This document shows positions 60,492 through 64,000 of a DNA stretch of 64,000 nucleotides, in pieces. Positions within the stretch are counted from its first letter, which is position 1; every line of letters begins with the position of its first letter. Under the pieces are notes generated by a model. That model was not told where the DNA came from. It searched no databases and was given only the letters and a program-made list of their open reading frames with translations. Made by a program: the position numbers and the translations under genes. This DNA comes from Acidobacteriota bacterium (GTDB lineage: Bacteria > Acidobacteriota > UBA6911): assembly GCA_031271905.1 (NCBI GenBank), contig JAISUT010000017.1, forward strand, positions 17,436-81,435. The letters run 5' to 3'.

Positions 60492-61823
60492 ATGTCGGAC
60501 AAACCGGAGAATTGGAATTCACTCACACCGGAGCAAAAGAGGAGTCTGCGCCTGGACGCCTGGGTGCGCGGCGACGGCATCGAATTCGTGGACGGGGATG
60601 CCAGGAAGAAATACCAGGAGCGCGCCGGGCGTTTTCGCGCGGCGCTGGAGCTGCGCGTCCCCGACCGCGTGCCGATAGCGGGGCTGGGCGGCGCGTTCCT
60701 CTACCGTCGCAAGGGCATCCCGCAGAAGGCCACCATGTACGACCGCTGGGCGGAGGCGGCCGAGGCGGTCGTCCAGTTCCACAAGGATTTCGAGCCGGAC
60801 AGCGCGGCGGCGACCTTCATGATGTCCGGCCCGGCGATGGAGCTGCTCGGACAGACGAGCCTGAAGTGGGCGGGGTGCGGCTTGCCCGACGACGTGCAGT
60901 ACCAGTACGTCGAGCAGGAGTACATGAAGCGGGACGAATACGACCACTTCCTGCTCGACCCGTCCGACTACGTGCTGCGCCGCTTCATGCCGCGCATGTA
61001 CTCCTCGCTGAAAGGCTTGGAGAAGATGCCGACCTTCAGCTTCGACGGCATCGACATCGGCAACACCGCCATCCGCAAGTTCCTGGACCCGGACGTGATG
61101 GGCGCGATAGAGCTGATGCGCAAAGCCGCCGAGCTGAGCAACCTCCCCGGCAAGGTCACGATGGATACGGTGGCGCGGCTCACGGCGATGGGCTTCCCGA
61201 TGTTCTACACCGGCTTCGGCGCGGCGCCGTTCGACGTGCTGGGCGACACGCTGCGCGGCACGCGGGGCATCATGATGGACCTCTACCGCTGTCCCGAGAA
61301 AGTGCTGGCGGCGTGCGAGAAGATCTTGGAATTGACGCCGATCCCCGACCTGCCGCTGGGCGTTCCGCCGCTGATCATGATGCCGCTGCACAAGGGGGAC
61401 GACACGCACATCTCCCTGAAGCAGTTCGAGAAGTTCTACTGGCCGACCTTCAAGGAGCTGCTGGTGCGCATGGCGAACGAGGGGCTGATCCCCGCGCCGT
61501 TCGCCGAGGGGGTCTACACGCAACGGCTCCCGTACCTGACGGAGCTGCCGGAAAAGTCGGTGCTGTGGTTCTTCGACCGGACCGACATGCACAAGGCCAA
61601 GGACATCCTGGGCGGGCACAGCCCCATCAAGGGGAACGTGCCGATCACGATGATCGCCACCGGGACGCCGGAGCAGGTGAAAGCGTGCTGCAAGGACTTG
61701 ATCGACTACTGCGGCAAGGGGGGCGGGTACATCCTCTGCTCCGGCACGCAGCTTGACGACGCGAAGGAGGAGACGGTGCGCGCCCTGGTCGATTTCACCA
61801 AGGAATACGGCGTGTACAAATAA
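60492..61823 (+). CDS. uroporphyrinogen decarboxylase (URO-D) family protein (MtaA/CmuA-like methyltransferase fold)
   Basis: 443 aa. Its overall similarity is to URO-D-like (HemE-family) TIM-barrel proteins. The function is not assignable from sequence alone. Confidence 0.55.
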   Translation: MSDKPENWNSLTPEQKRSLRLDAWVRGDGIEFVDGDARKKYQERAGRFRAALELRVPDRVPIAGLGGAFLYRRKGIPQKATMYDRWAEAAEAVVQFHKDFEPDSAAATFMMSGPAMELLGQTSLKWAGCGLPDDVQYQYVEQEYMKRDEYDHFLLDPSDYVLRRFMPRMYSSLKGLEKMPTFSFDGIDIGNTAIRKFLDPDVMGAIELMRKAAELSNLPGKVTMDTVARLTAMGFPMFYTGFGAAPFDVLGDTLRGTRGIMMDLYRCPEKVLAACEKILELTPIPDLPLGVPPLIMMPLHKGDDTHISLKQFEKFYWPTFKELLVRMANEGLIPAPFAEGVYTQRLPYLTELPEKSVLWFFDRTDMHKAKDILGGHSPIKGNVPITMIATGTPEQVKACCKDLIDYCGKGGGYILCSGTQLDDAKEETVRALVDFTKEYGVYK

Positions 61824-62040
61824 AGCGCGGGAAGGGGGGCGGGGGGCGGAGCCCCGCCGGCAACCGCTTCGCGGTTGTGCGGCGACAAGCCGCCGCCTTC
61901 GCGGGGTGCGGGCTCGCCCAGAACGCTAAACCGCCGATTTGGCGCATTGGCGACGGGTGCTGGGGCGCGCCCCGCCCCGCACCCGACCCCTTGCAAAGTC
62001 CCCCCTTTCACGCCCCGCGATTGATGTTAATATTAGCGCC

Positions 62041-63234
62041 GTGAAACAGACGATACTTGTCCATTACCATGAGATCAGCCTCAAAGGGAACAACCGCGGC
62101 TGGTTCGAGAACCAGTTGAGCCGCCACCTCGCCGCCCTGCTCAGGGACGTGCCGCACGGCGCGATGCGGCGCTTCGCGGGGCGGCTGGGCATCGAGCTCG
62201 CCGAGGACGCCCTGCCTGCGGAGGTCGATGCCGTCGTCCGCCGGCTGCGGACGGTCTTCGGCGTCGCCAACTTCGTCGTGGCGCGGGAGGTGCCTGCGGA
62301 CTTGGGCGCGATCAAGGCGGGGCTGGAGGAGCTGGCGGCCGCCACCGACTTCCAGTCGTTCAAGATCGACGCGCGGCGGGGGACGAAGGAGTTCCCGCTC
62401 AACTCCCAGCAGTTGAACCAGCAGCTCGGGGCGCACATCCAGGGGTTGACGCGCAAGCAGGTGCGCATGGAAGGCCCGGACGCGACCTTCGGCGTGGAGA
62501 TCGCCGAGGGGCGCGCCTTCCTCTCCGCAGGCAAGGTCCAAGGGGCGGGGGGGCTCCCCTCCGGGACGGGCGGCAAGGCGGTCTGCCTGCTTTCCGGGGG
62601 CTTGGACTCGCCGGTCGCGGCATGGCGCATCATGCGGCGCGGCTGCCGCGTCCAGTACGTCCACTTCCACAGCTTCCCGCACACGACGGTGGAGTCGCAG
62701 GACAAGGTGCGCCGCATCCTCGGCGTCCTCTCCCGCTACCAGTTGGGCTCGGCGCTGTTCCTGGTGCCCTTCTCCGAGGTGCAGCGGGAGATCGTCGCCT
62801 ACGCGCCGCCGCCCCTGCGGGTGGTGCTCTACCGGCGCTTCATGGTGCGCATCGCCGAGGCGGTCGCCGCGCGGGAGAAGGCGCTGGCGCTGGTCACGGG
62901 AGACAGCCTGGGGCAGGTCGCCAGCCAGACGATGGAGAACCTGCGCACGATCTCGGCGGTGGCGGCGCTCCCCATCCTCCGCCCCCTGGTCGGCGACGAC
63001 AAGGAGGACATCATGCGCGCGGCGCGCGCCATCGGCACCTACGACATCAGCATCCAGGCCGACCAGGACTGCTGCTCGCTCTTCGTCCCCAAGCACCCGG
63101 AGACGATGTCAGACCTCGGGCAGGCCGAGCGCGCCGAGGCGCAACTGGACGTCCAGCGCCTGTGCCGGGAGGCGCTGGAGGGGATGACGCGCGAAACCGT
63201 CCCCCCCGATTGGCGGGATGGGGGGACGTCTTGA
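62041..63234 (+). CDS. thiI: tRNA uracil 4-sulfurtransferase ThiI
   Basis: The start is GTG 62041, giving 397 aa. It has a THUMP domain and the PP-loop motif CLLSGGLDSPVAAW. No C-terminal rhodanese domain is present, so this is the short ThiI form. Confidence 0.8.
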   Translation: MKQTILVHYHEISLKGNNRGWFENQLSRHLAALLRDVPHGAMRRFAGRLGIELAEDALPAEVDAVVRRLRTVFGVANFVVAREVPADLGAIKAGLEELAAATDFQSFKIDARRGTKEFPLNSQQLNQQLGAHIQGLTRKQVRMEGPDATFGVEIAEGRAFLSAGKVQGAGGLPSGTGGKAVCLLSGGLDSPVAAWRIMRRGCRVQYVHFHSFPHTTVESQDKVRRILGVLSRYQLGSALFLVPFSEVQREIVAYAPPPLRVVLYRRFMVRIAEAVAAREKALALVTGDSLGQVASQTMENLRTISAVAALPILRPLVGDDKEDIMRAARAIGTYDISIQADQDCCSLFVPKHPETMSDLGQAERAEAQLDVQRLCREALEGMTRETVPPDWRDGGTS

Positions 63235-63297
63235 GGGCGCCTCTAAAAGCTCGCAGGCAAGGCGCAACGCGGTATCCCGGGGTTTTTAGAGGTCGCC
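63235..63297. repeat. short-form copy of the interspersed palindromic element, directly after thiI and upstream of metX
   Basis: gggcgcctctaaaagctcgcaggcaaggcgcaacgcggtatcccggggtttttagaggtcgcc. Confidence 0.75.
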
Positions 63298-63322
63298 TGG
63301 AGAAGCATCTTGAGGTGTGTGG

Positions 63323-64000
63323 ATGACAGAGGACACTTTTCAAAGTAGCGACAGCGTGCGTTCCGGGCGGCCTCTCAAGCACGTCCAGACGTTTCCCATC
63401 GACGGGCCGTTGCCTCTGGAGATGGGCGGGGAGTTGCATGGCGTCGTCGTGGCATACGAGACCTACGGCGAGCTGAACGCCGCCCGGGACAACGCCATCC
63501 TGGTCTGCCACGCCATCAGCGGCGACTCGCACGTCGCGCGCCACGACGGGGACGACGGGGACGAGCCCGGCTGGTGGGATCTCGTCGTCGGGCCGGGCAA
63601 GGCGATCGACACGGATCGCTATTTCGTCATCTGCTCCAACGTGCTCGGGGGGTGTCGCGGCACGACCGGGCCGGGCAGCGTCAATCCCGCGACGGGGCGG
63701 CGCTACGGCGCGGACTTCCCCACCGTCACCGAGGGCGACATGGTGGAGGTCGAGCGGAGGCTGGTGGACGGCCTCGGCATCGACCGGCTCCTGGCGGTCG
63801 TCGGCGGCTCGATGGGCGGGCACCAGGCGCTCCTGTGGGCGACGCGCTTCCCGGACCGGCTGCGGGGCGTGGTGACGCTGGCGACCTCCACGCGCCTCAC
63901 GACCCAGGCGCTGGCGTTCGACATCGTGGGGCGCAACGCCATCCGGCGCGACCCCGACTTCAAGGGGGGGCGCTACCTGGACGAGGACACCGCGCCCGCC
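63323..64000 (+). CDS. metX: homoserine O-acetyltransferase (MetX), N-terminal part; the gene continues beyond the window
   Basis: ATG 63323. The alpha/beta-hydrolase MetX signature is present (ILVCHAISGDSHVA ... YFVICSNVLGGCRGTTGP ... GGSMGGHQAL). Confidence 0.8.
   Translation, partial: MTEDTFQSSDSVRSGRPLKHVQTFPIDGPLPLEMGGELHGVVVAYETYGELNAARDNAILVCHAISGDSHVARHDGDDGDEPGWWDLVVGPGKAIDTDRYFVICSNVLGGCRGTTGPGSVNPATGRRYGADFPTVTEGDMVEVERRLVDGLGIDRLLAVVGGSMGGHQALLWATRFPDRLRGVVTLATSTRLTTQALAFDIVGRNAIRRDPDFKGGRYLDEDTAPA

Overview
This is a 64-kb window of a very high-GC (~68-70%) bacterial chromosome. It is gene-dense, with about 55 CDS and one tRNA-Lys(UUU), and most ORF calls in the six-frame track are antisense or out-of-frame artefacts of the GC content. 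The gene content points to an anaerobic, saccharolytic organism. It includes a GH67 alpha-glucuronidase, an ExuT-like MFS transporter, a ROK kinase, glgB, a tungsten-type aldehyde:ferredoxin oxidoreductase (AOR), and an energy-converting [NiFe] hydrogenase. Housekeeping genes include an ABC-2 exporter (partial ATPase plus two permeases), RNase G, a PurS-PurL fusion with purQ, dsbD, tatA/tatC, archaeal-type proS, hslVU, transaldolase/FSA, pgsA with a DUF512 radical-SAM/PDZ protein, thiI and partial metX. Regulatory genes include an Rrf2 regulator, a BlaI-family repressor, and a MalT-like LuxR regulator beside a hybrid histidine kinase and a REC-HD-GYP response regulator. Three things stand out. 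(1) A 12-gene Mbh/Mrp-type group-4 [NiFe]-hydrogenase cluster (46953-57480) carries three antiporter-like subunits and a HycI protease. (2) A ydhV/ydhX-like pair of an AOR and a Tat-exported Fe-S subunit suggests a periplasmic AOR. (3) A family of interspersed palindromic non-coding elements has at least 10 copies, in long (~120 bp) and short (~60 bp) forms. Every copy is intergenic, and four lie inside or flanking the hydrogenase operon. I found no CRISPR array, transposase, integrase or prophage genes.
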